Positions 13,010 to 23,419 are shown, counted from the first letter of the whole stretch. The stretch is 58,134 nucleotides of DNA, filler included, from Fonticula-like sp. SCN 57-25 (GCA_001724245.1; 5 parts of 5 records of this genome joined end to end with filler, not necessarily neighbours in it); one strand, 5' to 3'. Notes: generated by a model from the letters alone, not told the origin. A program made the numbers and translations.

Positions 13010-14065
13010 TCCCCAGCCCAGCTCAGCTGCCCGGTCGTCAGCTATCAAGTTCCAGACGTCGGCCGTATGAAAGCAGTTGATTTCAACTCGGTCATAGATG
13101 TTTGGGGGACTAGCTCACATGGTAGAGCACTCGCTTCGCATGCGAGGGGTACAGGGATCGATACCCTGGTCCTCCACAATTTTTTTTTTGATTTTTTGTC
13201 CACGTCATATGATTACGCAAGCACGTTTCTAACCACAGCAGCCATGCATGCTTCTGTATGCCGTGCCAGCACGCCCACCCAATCCAATACGCACTGAGGC
13301 GGTGCCTTTTTGCAACGATTTCCATTCACTTCGATCCCCTCTGTAACTACCCTCGTGCCACGCTCGCTGCTATGGCGACGGGCCCTGGTCAAAGGTATTC
13401 TTCCGATATCGAGATCAGGGGTGTACACCCCACGCGTAAATCAAATCACCCTCCATTGGCCCATTCCGAGAATAGCCGCTTTTGATTGGTCGGCTATTTT
13501 GTAACGGTCCTCGCCGATCCCCCCGAGCTTCCCTACCCCCAAATTGCAATTTTTCCTTTACCCATTTTTCCCTTTCGAAGGTTATTCGTCTTTTCGTGCC
13601 TTGTGCCCCGTTCTACCCGTGGTCCCAGCACTTTTTTTTCGCAAACTTGACTATCGCTGCTCACACTCTTCCTGTGTGCACGCGACAAGCTCATTTTGCG
13701 AGGTAAAAAGCAGCTACTCGGATTAGACTCAGAGGACCGCTTCTAGCTCGTACTCGGTACACCCGTACCCGAGTTGTGCGAAGGTATGTTCGAGGGGATG
13801 GCGGAGGGAAGGGATGTGCGTAAAACAGTGTGGCGAAGCGACAGGGCTCGGAAAATGCCGGAATTGCAACCGGCGTCGTGTTTTACGTTGGGATCGACCC
13901 TGTCGCTCTCCCGTAGATTGTGTAGGACTATGGTTGACTTGGTCAACGGGGAAACCCGATGTGCCTGGTCGTCGGCCGCCCTGATTTTGTTGTGGTTGTT
14001 CCCGCTTTTGTGTTTTGCTCGTGTGCTGACGTTGTGCCTGCGATTTATTTCAGCCGACACTCAGC

Positions 14066-17000
14066 ATGGCAGGCGGTGAGTTAGATGAGCGTTTCAAGAA
14101 GGGACGTTCCGAGCGCGAGAATGTCCAGCGCAAGACCTTCACCAAGTGGGTGAATGCCCAGCTTGGCAAGGTCGGCCTGAAGGTCGAGGACATTATGGTT
14201 GACCTCGCCGACGGCCACAGCCTTTTGCGTCTTTTGGAGCTTATTACCGGCGAGTCTCTTCCTCGCGCGGATAAGGGTAACCTCCGTGTCATCAAGGTCG
14301 GTAACGTGGCCAAGGTGATCAAGTTTGTCCGCACCAAGGTCAAGCTCGAGAACATTGGTCCTGAGGATATTGTCGACGGCAACCCGACCTCGATTCTCGG
14401 TCTTCTCTGGACCATCATTCTTCGTTTCCAGATTCAGGACATTTCCGTCGACGAGCTGTCGGCCAAGGATGCCCTGCTCCTCTGGGTCAAGAAGAAGACG
14501 AAGGGCTACCGCGATGTCCAGGTGGACAACTTCCACCGCAGCTTCAACGACGGTATGGCCTTTGCCGCGCTCATCCACGCGCACCGCCCCGACCTCATCA
14601 ACTACGATGACCTCAAGAAGGAGAACGCCGTCCACAACCTCGGCCTCGCCTTTGATGCCGCGGAGACGCTCCCGGTTCCCTCCCTGCTCGACCCCGTTGA
14701 CGTTGCCGTCGACCGCCCCGACGAGCGCTCGATCATGACCTACGTCGCCGAGCTTTACCACTACTTTGCCACGCAGCGCGATGCCGACGTTGCTGGCCGC
14801 CGTGTCGCCAACGTCGTTGGTGAGTTTGCCAAGGTGCAGGAGATGCTCGAGGAGTACATGCGCCTCTCGTCCGAGCTCATGAAGTGGATTGAGAACAAGA
14901 CCACCGACCTCGATGACCGCAACTTCCCCGACACCGTCGAGGCCCTCCAGGGTCTCCAGGCCGACTTTGTCGAGTATCGCGGTGTTGAAAAGGCGGACAA
15001 GCTCAACGAGCGTGCCGACCTCGAGGCCCTCCTCTTCGATATCCAGACCAAGCTGCGCGCCCAGAACCGCCCGGCTTTCCGCCCCCCGGAGGGTCGCATG
15101 ATCAGCGATGTCAACAAGGCTTGGGTCGTCCTTGAGGACGCCGAGAATGCCCGCGACAAGGCCCTCGCTGAGGAGATTGCTCGCCTCACCAAGCAGGAGC
15201 AGATTGCGGCTCGTTTCGACCGCAAGGCCGGCATCCAGGAGAAGTGGCTCGACGACATTTCCGAGATCATCGAGGGCGATGGCGAGGCCGAGTCTGCCGC
15301 GGATCTCATTGCCCTCAAGGCGGCCATCCTCAAGCAGGATGCCATCAACAACGACATTGAGGCCCACACGGACCGCATCACGAACGTTGCCGTCCTCGGT
15401 GGCACCCTCGAGCAGGGCAAGTACCGCAAGGCCGAGGAGGTCAAGAAGCGCGAGGAAGAACTCATCAACCGCTGGACTGGCCTCGAGGACAAGCTCAACA
15501 ACCGCCGTACCGGCCTCGCCGACGAGATGGCCATCCGCTATTTCAACAAGGAGGCTGACTACTGCCTCGCGTACATCCGCGACCACAAGTCCCAGGCCAA
15601 GTCGTCCGACTACGGCCAGGATCTCGACGAGGCCAACAAGCTTATCCGCTCTTTCCGCCCGATTGAGACCGAGCTTGAGAACCTTAAGGACCGCGTTGAG
15701 CACGCCGACGAGCTCTACAAGAACCTGACCCCTTCGCCGCTTGTCGAGGAGGCTGGCAAGAAGAACGATGAGCTCCAGGCCGCGTTCACCGAGTTTGAGG
15801 GCGACGTGAAGAACCGCAGCGAAGCCCTGCGTGCCTCGCGCAAGGCCAAGAAGGTCATTGGCGATCTCGACCGCGAGATTGACTACCTCAACGACCAGGC
15901 CCCGAACGCCAACTCGACCGACTATGGCCGCGACCTCGTTTCGTCGCACAAGCAGCTCAAGAAGCACGAGGGCCTTGTTGCCGCGCTTGCTGCCCGCGAG
16001 CACGATGTCACCGGCGCCCTTAACGGCGCCTCCGCCCACATCAAGGAGGGCGGTGCCGACGCCGAGGTTGTCCAGAGCAAGCACGACGAGCTCGAGAAGC
16101 TCTATGCCGATGTGAACAAGGACGCTGCCGAGCGCACCCGCCGCCTCACTGACGCCGTCAGCGCCGCTCAGTTCTACTCCAACGCCGATGAGGTTGAGCA
16201 GTTCATCGTCGACACCGAGCCCAAGGTGTCCGAGACCGACCTCGGCTCTGACGAGGAGTCGTCGCGCGGTCTGCTCAAGCAGATCGAGGCTGCCTTTGCC
16301 GAGATTGAGTCGTACGAGTTCAACGTGGAGGCTCTCCGCGATGAGGCTGCGGCTCTTGTCAAGGCCGAGCACAACGACTCTGCCAACATTGAGGCTCGCG
16401 CTGCCGAGATTAACACTCGCTGGGAGGAGCTCAAGAAGCGCGGCTCTGCTTCGCGCGACAGCCTCGAGGCCGCCACCAAGGGCCACGAGTTCAACCGCGA
16501 GGCCGACGAGCTCGCCGCCTGGATTGGCGACAAGAAGGCTGCCGTCGACGATGCCGAGTTTGGCAAGGACCCCGATACCAACGCTGCCCTTCAGCGCAAG
16601 CTCGATGCCCTCAACAAGGAGATTGAGGACAACAAGGTCCGCCTCAAGGAGGTTAACGACCTTGCCGACAAGCTTATCGGCGACGAGCACCCCGACAAGG
16701 ATGCCATTGCCGCCAAGCGCGACGCCCTCAACGCGTCGTACGCCGAGCTCGAGGAGGCTGCCAAGAAGCGCTCCTCGGCCCTCGAGGGCGCCGGTGACCT
16801 CCACCGCCTGGCCCAGACCGTCGATGACGTCAACAGCCAGATCAAGAACCTCGAGCCGGCTGCCTCCAGCAAGGACTATGGCCGCGACCTCCCCACCGTC
16901 CAGGCTCTCCAGAAGAAGCACGATGGTCTCGAGCGCGACCTTGCCAGCGTGGCCGAGACCGTCAAGGTCGTCGACGCCAAGTGCGAGAAGGCCATCAAGG

Positions 17001-20000
17001 AGAACCCCGATAGCGCCGATATCGTCGAGAAGAAGCGCGAGGAGATGAACGAGAACCTCAAGCGCGTCCAGGAGCTTGCCGACGACCGCAAGCAGAAGCT
17101 CGCTGACGCCGAGAAGCTCCAGCGCTTCAACAACGATGCCGCCGAGGTCAAGCAGTGGCTTCAGGATCGCCTTGCCGAGATCCACAACGCCGAGCTCCCG
17201 AAGGATGCTGCCGGCTCCGAGGCCGCTCTCCGCAAGAACGACGAGCTCCGCGCCGCCGTTGAGGTCCACGACGAGAAGATCAAGGCCCTCAACGAGCAGG
17301 GCCAGAAGCTGATTGGCGCCGGCCACTCTGGCGCGGACGAGATCAAGGAGAAGCTCGACGAGGTCGACGGCCTCCGCAAGGAGCTCGGCGATGCCCTTGT
17401 TGACCGCAAGAAGCAGCTCGAGGATTCTCACGACTTCCAGAAGTTTGGTGAGGACCAGGAGAACCTTACGAACTGGCTCGCTGACAAGGCCAAGGCCATC
17501 GAGGCCGCCCCGCTGCCGACCGACCGCAAGGCGTCGGAGAAGCTCATCAAGAAGCACAACGAGGAGAAGGCCGCCATTGAGGTCAACGATCAGAAGATCA
17601 AGAACCACAACGAGCACGGTAACAACATGATTGCCGCCGGCCACCCCAACAGCGACGGCATCCGCAGCCAGCTCGACGAGGTTGACCAGGCTCGCGCCGC
17701 CCTCGGCACCAAGTGGGATGACCGCAAGAAGGCCCTCGATGATGCCCACGAGCTCCTCAAGTTCAACGAGGATGTCAAGGATGTCTCCGCCTGGGTCGTC
17801 GAGAAGAAGGACCAGGTGAACGCTGCCGACACGCCCGACACCATCCCGGCCGTCGAGAGCGCCCTCGTGAAGCTCGCTGAGCAGCGCAAGGCCGCCGGCG
17901 TCCACGACGACAAGATCAACACCGTCAAGGCCGCTGGTGCCGCCCTTATCGCCAAGGAGCACCCGGCTTCGGAGGAGATCCAGAACAAGCTCGACAACCT
18001 CGACACTGAGCGCGGTGCCCTCGACGAGGCCTTTGCCGAGCGCCAGAAGAAGCTTGAGGACGCCCTTGCGCTCCACAAGTTCAACGCTGCTCACCTCGAC
18101 GCCAGCCACTTTATTCGCGAGAAGAAGGACCAGATCAACAACACTGATCTGCCCCGCGATCTGGCCCAGGCTGAGGCCGTCGAGCGCGAGCTTGACAACC
18201 TCGAGAAGGACATTGTCGCTCACGATGAGAACGTTGCCGCCGTCGTTTCGTCGGGCCAGGCCCTCATCGGTGCCGGTCACCCGGCGTCGGAGGACGTCCA
18301 GGGCAAGATTGACAGCCTTGATGCCGACAACAAGGCTCTCCATGACCTCCTTGCCGAGCGCCGCAAGGCCGTGCACGATGCTGCCGCCAAGCTCCGCTTT
18401 GATAACGATGCCTCGGATGCCTCTGACTTCCTTGCCGCCAAGCTCAGCGAGACCAACGCTGTCGAGGCGCCCAAGACCAAGGCCGACGCTGCCGCCCAGC
18501 TGCGCGCCCTTGACCAGATCCAGACCGACGTCAACGCGCACGATGATGCCATCAAGCACGTCAACAAGGATGGCCAGGCCCTCATTGATGCCGACCACCC
18601 CGACAAGGACGATGTCGCTGAGCAGCTCGCCAAGCTCGCCGCCGACCGCGCCAACGTTGACGCTGCCCTCAAGGAGAAGCGCAGCAGCGTTGAGAAGGCC
18701 GTCTCGCTCCTCGACTTTAACCGCGATGCCGAGGCTCTCGAGGACGAGCTCAGCCGCCAGGAGGCTGCTCTCCAGAACGCCCCCGCCGCCGAGGGCTCCG
18801 TCCCCGCCATCGAGGCGCTCATGAAGAAGAACGATGCTCTTCTCGACGAGATTGCCCTCGAGGAGGAGAAGTTCAAGGATCTCGACAAGCAGGCCAACAA
18901 GCTCATTGAGGAGGATCACCCCGACAAGGAGGCGATCGCCGCTCGCCGCGACAAGATCCGCGGCCGCCTCGATGACCTCAAGGAGGCTGCCCAGAAGCGC
19001 GACAACGAGCTCGAGGATGCCCTCAAGCTCGCCAAGTTCCTCGAGCACGCTGACGATACCAAGGACTGGATCCAGTCCAAGCTTCCCGAGGCCTCGGACG
19101 AGTCGTACCGCGACCCGTCCAACATTTCGGAGAAGCAGAAGAAGCACGAGAAGTTCATGGCCGAGCTCGCCGCGAACAAGCCCAAGCTCGATGCTCTTCA
19201 CGAGGAGGGTAACGCCCTCATCGCCGCTGGCCACCCCGACTCGGACAAGATCCGCTCGGTGCTCGCTGAGATTGACAGCGAGATCGCCGCCCTCAACGAG
19301 AAGGCCAAGGAGAAGGGCAACCACCTCAACGAGGCCGACGAGATCTCGCAGTCGTTCGGTGGCTTTGACGATCTCGACCTCTGGTTCAAGGAGGTCGAGG
19401 CTGCCCTCGCCAACGAGGATGTCGGCAAGGACCTCCCCTCGGTCCAGGCTCTCCTCAAGAAACACACTGCCATCGAGAAGGACATTTCGTCGCACTCGAA
19501 GCACGTCAACAAGTCGGTCACGGCCGCCCAGGCCCTGATTGCCCGCGAGCACTTTGCCTCTGCAGAGCTCGCCGAGAAGAGCAAGGCCATCGAGGCCCGC
19601 TACGCCGCCCTCCAGGAGCTCGCCAAGGAGCGCCGCGCCAAGCTCGAGGCCTCGCTCAGCGTGCAGCAGTTCCTGCGCGCCTGCGACCACGAGGACAACT
19701 TCATCTCCCAGAAGGAGAAGGTTGTTGCCGCCATGGAGCCTTGCAAGGATGCCAGCCACGCCAAGAAGCAGCAGAAGAAGGCTGATGCTCTTGACGCCGA
19801 GCTCGACACCCACGAGAAGGCTGTCCTCGACCCGCTCAGCAGCAAGGGCCAGGGCCTCGTCGCCGATGGCATCTCGTCGGCCGAAGTTGTTGGCTCGCGC
19901 CTTTCCTCGATCGACGAGCGCTGGAAGAACCTCAAGCTCAGCCTCAACGCCCGCAGCGTCGAGATTGAGGGCGCCTTTGCCTACTTTGAGTTTGAGGATG

Positions 20001-23000
20001 ACGCCTCGGAGGAGCAGTCGTTCATTGACAAGAACATTGCCAACATGCAGAACAGCGCTATTGCCGATAGCGCCAACGCGCTCAAGTCGCAGACCAAGAA
20101 GCACGACGACTTCCTTGTCGACCTCGATGTGCACAAGGAGCGCGTTGCCGACGTCACCACCGCCGGCAACCAGCTTGTCAAGGACGACCACCCGCGCAAG
20201 GCCGATATCGAGGCCACCATTGCCGCCCTTGAGACTGGCATGTCGACCCTCGAGTCGCTCTCGCAGGAGCGCAAGGAGAAGATCGACTACGCCCTCAAGA
20301 ACCTCCAGTTCAACAAGGAGGCCGACGGCGTGGACCGCTCGGTCGAGGATAGCGAGAAGCAGCTTGCTGCCGCCAGCATCAAGGCCTCGAGCCTTGCCGA
20401 CATTGACACTGCCCTTAAGCGCCTTGACGAGCTCGACAACGAGTCCAAGGGCGTGGACATGGCCGTCGATGAGCTGTGCGCCAAGGCCGACACCCTCGTG
20501 CAGGGTGGCCACCCCGACAAGGAGAAGATTGCTGAGCGCGCCGACTCGGCCAAGGGCCGCTGGCAGCTCATCAAGAAGCAGGCTGCCGATCTCCGCGACG
20601 AGCTCCTCGAGGCCCAGAAGGGCTTTGGCGAGGCCGACAAGCTCTGCGTCGACTTTGCCGAGGCTGCCGCCAAGCTCAACAGCTGGATCGACAACGCCTC
20701 TGAGGATCTTGCCGAGCCCGTCCGCGTCGACTCGATCGAGGAGGCCGAGTCGCAGCAGGCCGCTCACGTCACCTTCCAGGACCAGCAGCTCGCCGAGCAG
20801 ACTGGCTTCTACAACGACATTGTGCGCCTCGACGGCGAGATCAAGAAGCGCCACGTTACGCGCAACCCCTACACGCCGTACACCCTCGACGCCATCAAGG
20901 CCAAGTGGGAGCACGTGCTCGACGGCATCCAGGAGCGCACCGAGCTCCTCGCCAAGGAGGTTGACCGCCAGGTGAGCAACGACGAGCTGCGCAAGCAGTT
21001 TGCCGAGCAGGCCAACGAGCTTCACGCGTGGATCGAGGCCACTCGCTCGATCTTTGTCGAGTCGTCGCAGGGCACCCTCGAGGAGCAGCTGCAGGCGCTC
21101 AAGACCAAGACCAAGGAGGTCAGCGCCCGCAAGCCCGAGCTCAAGAAGCTCGATGAGCTGTCGTCCAAGCTCGAGAAGGAGCTCATCACGGACAACCAGT
21201 ACACGGTGCACACCGCCATCGGCCTCTCGATGCAGATGTCGTCGCTCGAGCAGCTCGGCAAGCGCATGGAGAACAACCTCCAGAACCAGATTGATGCCAA
21301 GAACCACTCTGACATCAAGGACTCTGAGATGCAGGAGTGGAGCGAGACCTTCAACCACTTTGACCGCGACCGCTCGAGCTTCCTCGACTACCGCGAGTTC
21401 AAGGCGTGCCTCACCTCCCTCGGCTACGACTTTAAGTCCGAGGCCGAGTTTGACGAGGTGCTCCGCCGCTGCGACCCCGACAACAACGGCCGCATCAGCA
21501 AGGAGGAGTTTGTGCGCTTCATGATTGACCAGCGCACCGAGAAGGTCGAGTCGGCCGACAAGATCGACAACGCCTTTGCTCAGCTCGCCGGCGACCAGCC
21601 CTACGTCACCAAGGAGCAGCTCGCGACCGTGCTCGCGCCCGAGCAGCTCGAGTACACGACCGCGCACATGAAGCCGTACCCCGGTGTCGCCGACGCGTAC
21701 GACTACAAGTCGTTCTCGGCCAACATGTTCCAGGCCCCCCCGGCCGCCAAGGAGAACGCTGCGCCGTCGGTCACCGCCGAGGCCATCTCGGACGCGCACA
21801 AGCAGCGCCTCGACGAGGCCGCCAAGAACAAGGTTGGCCCCGTCGATGTCGAGGCCGTCCGCCGCGACGTTGACGAGCGCCTCGACGACATCAAGTCGCG
21901 CAAGGCCGCCGACCGCGCCGCCGCCTCGAACAAGATCAAGGCGCAGGAGGCTGCCCTGAGCGCCCGCGAGGCCGAACGTGCCGCCCGCGAGGAGGCCCTC
22001 CGTGCCAAGCGCCAGGAGGCTTCCGCCCGCCGCCGCGAGGAGGACCAGCAGCGCGAGTCCGCCAAGGTCCAGGCCCGCGCCGCCGAGGCCGAGGCCCGCC
22101 GCGCCAATGCTGCCGAGGAGCGCAAGAAGCGCGCCGCCGGCCTCGAGGCCGTCAAGGCCAAGGAGCGCTTTGCCAAGCTCGAGCGCGCCCAGAGCCGCAA
22201 GTCGATCAAGGATCTCTCGTCGGTCGAGGCTGAGGCCAAGGCCAAGAAGGAGGCTGAGGCCAAGGCCAAGGCTGAGAAGGAGGCTGAGATTAAGGCCCAG
22301 AAGGAGGCCGAGGCTCAGGCCAAGAAGGACGCCGAGGAGGCCAAGGCCAAGCAGGAGGCCGAGGCCAAGGCCCAGAAGGAGGCTGAGGAGAAGGCCAAGA
22401 AGGAGGCCGCCGAGGAGGAGGAGAAGTCCAAGGCTGCCGCTGCCGCCGCCGCCGTCGCCGCCACCGCCGCTGCCGCCACGGCCGTTGCCGCCGCCGCCGC
22501 CGAGTCGTCGTCCGAGGAGGACTCTGACGATTCCGAGGACGAGTCCGACGATGAGGACGAGGAGGAGGAGGAGGCCAAGCCCGCCGCCGCCGCCGCCGCC
22601 GCCGAGGCCGAGGCTCCCAAGGAGGAGGCCAAGGAGGAGGAGAAGCCCAAGGAGGAGGAGAAGCCCAAGGAGGAGGAGAAGCCGCTCAAGCAGCTCTCTG
22701 AGAGCGAGATTGTCGGCCTTTCGTGCACCGCCGTCGGCGACAACCTTGCCCAGAACTCGACCGAGCTCATGTTCCTTGACGGCGACACTGTCAAGATCCT
22801 TGCCGTGCTCGGCGACAACCGCTTCCGCGGCGAGTGCCAGCAGGTGTCTGGCATCCTGCCCGGCGACAAGGTCCGCACGCCCGACAACCACCTCTTGAGC
22901 GCCGTCTCTGTCGACGCTTCGGCCGCCGCCGCTGCCCGCGCCGCGTCCGCCGCCGCCGAGCCGACGACGCCCCACGAGGACAAGGAGGAAGGTGTCCGCC

Positions 23001-23293
23001 GCCGCAGCGTTGGTGGCTCGATCTTCCGCAAGAAGGGCGCCGACGACAAGGCCGCCACCGACAAGGCCGCCGCCAAGGAGGCCGAGAAGGCTGCCAAGGA
23101 GGCCGAGAAGGCCGCCAAGGAGGCTGCCAAGGAGGAGGAGAAGCGCAAGAAGGAGGAGGAGAAGCAGCGCAAGAAGAAGGAGGAGGCCGACCGCAAGGAG
23201 GCCGAGCGCGTTGCCAAGGAGGAGGAGAAGCGCAAGAAGGCCGAGGAGGCTGAGCGCAAGAAGGAGGAGAAGAAGAAGAAGGGCGGCAAGTAA
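14066..23293 (+). CDS. Giant single-chain spectrin/alpha-actinin-family protein (3075 aa): 2 CH domains, ~20 spectrin repeats, EF hands, charged helical tail, degenerate SH3
   Basis: Uninterrupted ORF. QRKTFTKWVN...ILGLLWTIILRFQIQDI...LLLWV (beta-spectrin/actinin actin-binding domain); 106-aa repeats; FNHFDRDRSSFLDYREFKACLTSLGYD and DPDNNGRISKEEF EF hands; AVGDN...ELMFLDGDTV...GILPGDKV SH3-like. Strong codon bias. Confidence 0.95.
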   Translation: MAGGELDERFKKGRSERENVQRKTFTKWVNAQLGKVGLKVEDIMVDLADGHSLLRLLELITGESLPRADKGNLRVIKVGNVAKVIKFVRTKVKLENIGPEDIVDGNPTSILGLLWTIILRFQIQDISVDELSAKDALLLWVKKKTKGYRDVQVDNFHRSFNDGMAFAALIHAHRPDLINYDDLKKENAVHNLGLAFDAAETLPVPSLLDPVDVAVDRPDERSIMTYVAELYHYFATQRDADVAGRRVANVVGEFAKVQEMLEEYMRLSSELMKWIENKTTDLDDRNFPDTVEALQGLQADFVEYRGVEKADKLNERADLEALLFDIQTKLRAQNRPAFRPPEGRMISDVNKAWVVLEDAENARDKALAEEIARLTKQEQIAARFDRKAGIQEKWLDDISEIIEGDGEAESAADLIALKAAILKQDAINNDIEAHTDRITNVAVLGGTLEQGKYRKAEEVKKREEELINRWTGLEDKLNNRRTGLADEMAIRYFNKEADYCLAYIRDHKSQAKSSDYGQDLDEANKLIRSFRPIETELENLKDRVEHADELYKNLTPSPLVEEAGKKNDELQAAFTEFEGDVKNRSEALRASRKAKKVIGDLDREIDYLNDQAPNANSTDYGRDLVSSHKQLKKHEGLVAALAAREHDVTGALNGASAHIKEGGADAEVVQSKHDELEKLYADVNKDAAERTRRLTDAVSAAQFYSNADEVEQFIVDTEPKVSETDLGSDEESSRGLLKQIEAAFAEIESYEFNVEALRDEAAALVKAEHNDSANIEARAAEINTRWEELKKRGSASRDSLEAATKGHEFNREADELAAWIGDKKAAVDDAEFGKDPDTNAALQRKLDALNKEIEDNKVRLKEVNDLADKLIGDEHPDKDAIAAKRDALNASYAELEEAAKKRSSALEGAGDLHRLAQTVDDVNSQIKNLEPAASSKDYGRDLPTVQALQKKHDGLERDLASVAETVKVVDAKCEKAIKENPDSADIVEKKREEMNENLKRVQELADDRKQKLADAEKLQRFNNDAAEVKQWLQDRLAEIHNAELPKDAAGSEAALRKNDELRAAVEVHDEKIKALNEQGQKLIGAGHSGADEIKEKLDEVDGLRKELGDALVDRKKQLEDSHDFQKFGEDQENLTNWLADKAKAIEAAPLPTDRKASEKLIKKHNEEKAAIEVNDQKIKNHNEHGNNMIAAGHPNSDGIRSQLDEVDQARAALGTKWDDRKKALDDAHELLKFNEDVKDVSAWVVEKKDQVNAADTPDTIPAVESALVKLAEQRKAAGVHDDKINTVKAAGAALIAKEHPASEEIQNKLDNLDTERGALDEAFAERQKKLEDALALHKFNAAHLDASHFIREKKDQINNTDLPRDLAQAEAVERELDNLEKDIVAHDENVAAVVSSGQALIGAGHPASEDVQGKIDSLDADNKALHDLLAERRKAVHDAAAKLRFDNDASDASDFLAAKLSETNAVEAPKTKADAAAQLRALDQIQTDVNAHDDAIKHVNKDGQALIDADHPDKDDVAEQLAKLAADRANVDAALKEKRSSVEKAVSLLDFNRDAEALEDELSRQEAALQNAPAAEGSVPAIEALMKKNDALLDEIALEEEKFKDLDKQANKLIEEDHPDKEAIAARRDKIRGRLDDLKEAAQKRDNELEDALKLAKFLEHADDTKDWIQSKLPEASDESYRDPSNISEKQKKHEKFMAELAANKPKLDALHEEGNALIAAGHPDSDKIRSVLAEIDSEIAALNEKAKEKGNHLNEADEISQSFGGFDDLDLWFKEVEAALANEDVGKDLPSVQALLKKHTAIEKDISSHSKHVNKSVTAAQALIAREHFASAELAEKSKAIEARYAALQELAKERRAKLEASLSVQQFLRACDHEDNFISQKEKVVAAMEPCKDASHAKKQQKKADALDAELDTHEKAVLDPLSSKGQGLVADGISSAEVVGSRLSSIDERWKNLKLSLNARSVEIEGAFAYFEFEDDASEEQSFIDKNIANMQNSAIADSANALKSQTKKHDDFLVDLDVHKERVADVTTAGNQLVKDDHPRKADIEATIAALETGMSTLESLSQERKEKIDYALKNLQFNKEADGVDRSVEDSEKQLAAASIKASSLADIDTALKRLDELDNESKGVDMAVDELCAKADTLVQGGHPDKEKIAERADSAKGRWQLIKKQAADLRDELLEAQKGFGEADKLCVDFAEAAAKLNSWIDNASEDLAEPVRVDSIEEAESQQAAHVTFQDQQLAEQTGFYNDIVRLDGEIKKRHVTRNPYTPYTLDAIKAKWEHVLDGIQERTELLAKEVDRQVSNDELRKQFAEQANELHAWIEATRSIFVESSQGTLEEQLQALKTKTKEVSARKPELKKLDELSSKLEKELITDNQYTVHTAIGLSMQMSSLEQLGKRMENNLQNQIDAKNHSDIKDSEMQEWSETFNHFDRDRSSFLDYREFKACLTSLGYDFKSEAEFDEVLRRCDPDNNGRISKEEFVRFMIDQRTEKVESADKIDNAFAQLAGDQPYVTKEQLATVLAPEQLEYTTAHMKPYPGVADAYDYKSFSANMFQAPPAAKENAAPSVTAEAISDAHKQRLDEAAKNKVGPVDVEAVRRDVDERLDDIKSRKAADRAAASNKIKAQEAALSAREAERAAREEALRAKRQEASARRREEDQQRESAKVQARAAEAEARRANAAEERKKRAAGLEAVKAKERFAKLERAQSRKSIKDLSSVEAEAKAKKEAEAKAKAEKEAEIKAQKEAEAQAKKDAEEAKAKQEAEAKAQKEAEEKAKKEAAEEEEKSKAAAAAAAVAATAAAATAVAAAAAESSSEEDSDDSEDESDDEDEEEEEAKPAAAAAAAEAEAPKEEAKEEEKPKEEEKPKEEEKPLKQLSESEIVGLSCTAVGDNLAQNSTELMFLDGDTVKILAVLGDNRFRGECQQVSGILPGDKVRTPDNHLLSAVSVDASAAAAARAASAAAEPTTPHEDKEEGVRRRSVGGSIFRKKGADDKAATDKAAAKEAEKAAKEAEKAAKEAAKEEEKRKKEEEKQRKKKEEADRKEAERVAKEEEKRKKAEEAERKKEEKKKKGGK
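22631..22684 (+). repeat. 18-bp coding tandem repeat x3 (KEEEKP) in the spectrin tail
   Basis: aaggaggaggagaagccc repeated three times (last copy ends g). Confidence 0.85.
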
Positions 23294-23319
23294 GTAGACG
23301 TTTTTGAGGGGGGCGTGCT

Positions 23320-23419
23320 NNNNNNNNNNNNNNNNNNNNNNNNNNNNNNNNNNNNNNNNNNNNTTAATTAATTAANNNNNNNNNNNNNNNNNNNNNNNNN
23401 NNNNNNNNNNNNNNNNNNN
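23320..23419. other. Artificial contig-joining spacer
   Basis: N run + TTAATTAATTAA + N run, 100 bp. Confidence 0.97.

Noticed and set aside
14081-22975. 2964-aa antisense ORF overlapping the spectrin gene
   Set aside because: Shadow frame: the sense gene avoids TTA/CTA/TCA codons, so no antisense stops arise. The product is L/V/G-rich with no domain signal.
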